From NCBI RefSeq assembly GCF_006345805.1, contig NC_043007.1, positions 20,460,001 to 20,524,000 on the forward strand: a DNA stretch of 64,000 nt, given 5' to 3'. Below, in pieces: positions 63,432-64,000 of the stretch (within the stretch, counting starts at the first letter, position 1; each line of letters begins with the position of its first letter). The notes under the pieces were generated by a model. The model saw only the letters and a list, made by a program, of their open reading frames with translations, had not been told where the DNA came from and ran no database searches. This DNA comes from Octopus sinensis. Its lineage: Eukaryota. A program made the translations under genes and the position numbers.

Positions 63432-64000
63432 AACAACAAACAAGATGAGGACAAATATCCATCAAATGTAAATAATGTAAATATGTATATTATCGATCCT
63501 GAAAAGATGAAAGGTAAAGTCGACCTTGGTAAAATTTGAACTCAGAAAGAAAGATGCAATGCCACTAAGCATTTTGCCCAGCAAGCTTACGAGCCTGCCA
63601 GCTTGCCGCCTTTCTTGCAGTCTTCTATAGGCACAAGGCCTGAAAATGTGTGAGGAGGGAGTAAGTTGATTACATTGACCCCAGTACTTGACTGGTACTT
63701 AAATAATAATAATAATCATCATCATCATCGTTTAACGTCCATTCTCCATGCTAGCATGGGTTGGACGATTTGACCGGGGATCTGGGAAGCCTGAAGACTG
63801 CACCAGGCTCCAGTCTGATCTGGCAGTGTTTCTACAGCTGGATGCCCTTCCTAACGCCAACCACTCCATGAGTGTAGTAGGTGCTTTTTATGTGCCACCT
63901 GCACAGGTGCCAGGCGAGGCTGGCAACGGCCACAATCGGATTGGTGTATTTTACGTGCCACCGGCACGGAAGCCAGTCAAGGCGGCGCTGGCATAGGCCA

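Overview
AT-rich, microsatellite- and SINE-dense eukaryotic DNA. The repeat families suggest a coleoid cephalopod, probably Octopus (inferred from remembered families, not verified). Five protein-coding units could be reconstructed by hand. (1) A complete intronless PSMD1/Rpn2 ORF on the minus strand (9733-12720, 995 aa). (2) A divergently oriented 77-aa microprotein resembling Drosophila roh, in three coding exons on the plus strand (16019-22886). (3) A six-exon ASRGL1 isoaspartyl peptidase/L-asparaginase on the minus strand (36820-26962, 316 aa). (4) A mitoregulin (MTLN)-like ORF on the minus strand (37962-38201). (5) The first three exons of PPME1 on the plus strand (53187-62384), whose intron 2 has U12-type signals. 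The strongest candidate for an undescribed system is a putative bicistronic MTLN-ASRGL1 transcript: a consensus donor lies 100 nt after the MTLN stop with no AATAAA in between, and the ASRGL1 start exon is about 1 kb downstream. The rest is mobile DNA: several SINE families, RTE and HERO-like LINE fragments, a Penelope-like GIY-YIG remnant, Helitrons, and piggyBac-, pogo- and Merlin-like MITEs. Several sequence-distinct minimal hammerhead-ribozyme motifs of the Penelope type are also present.
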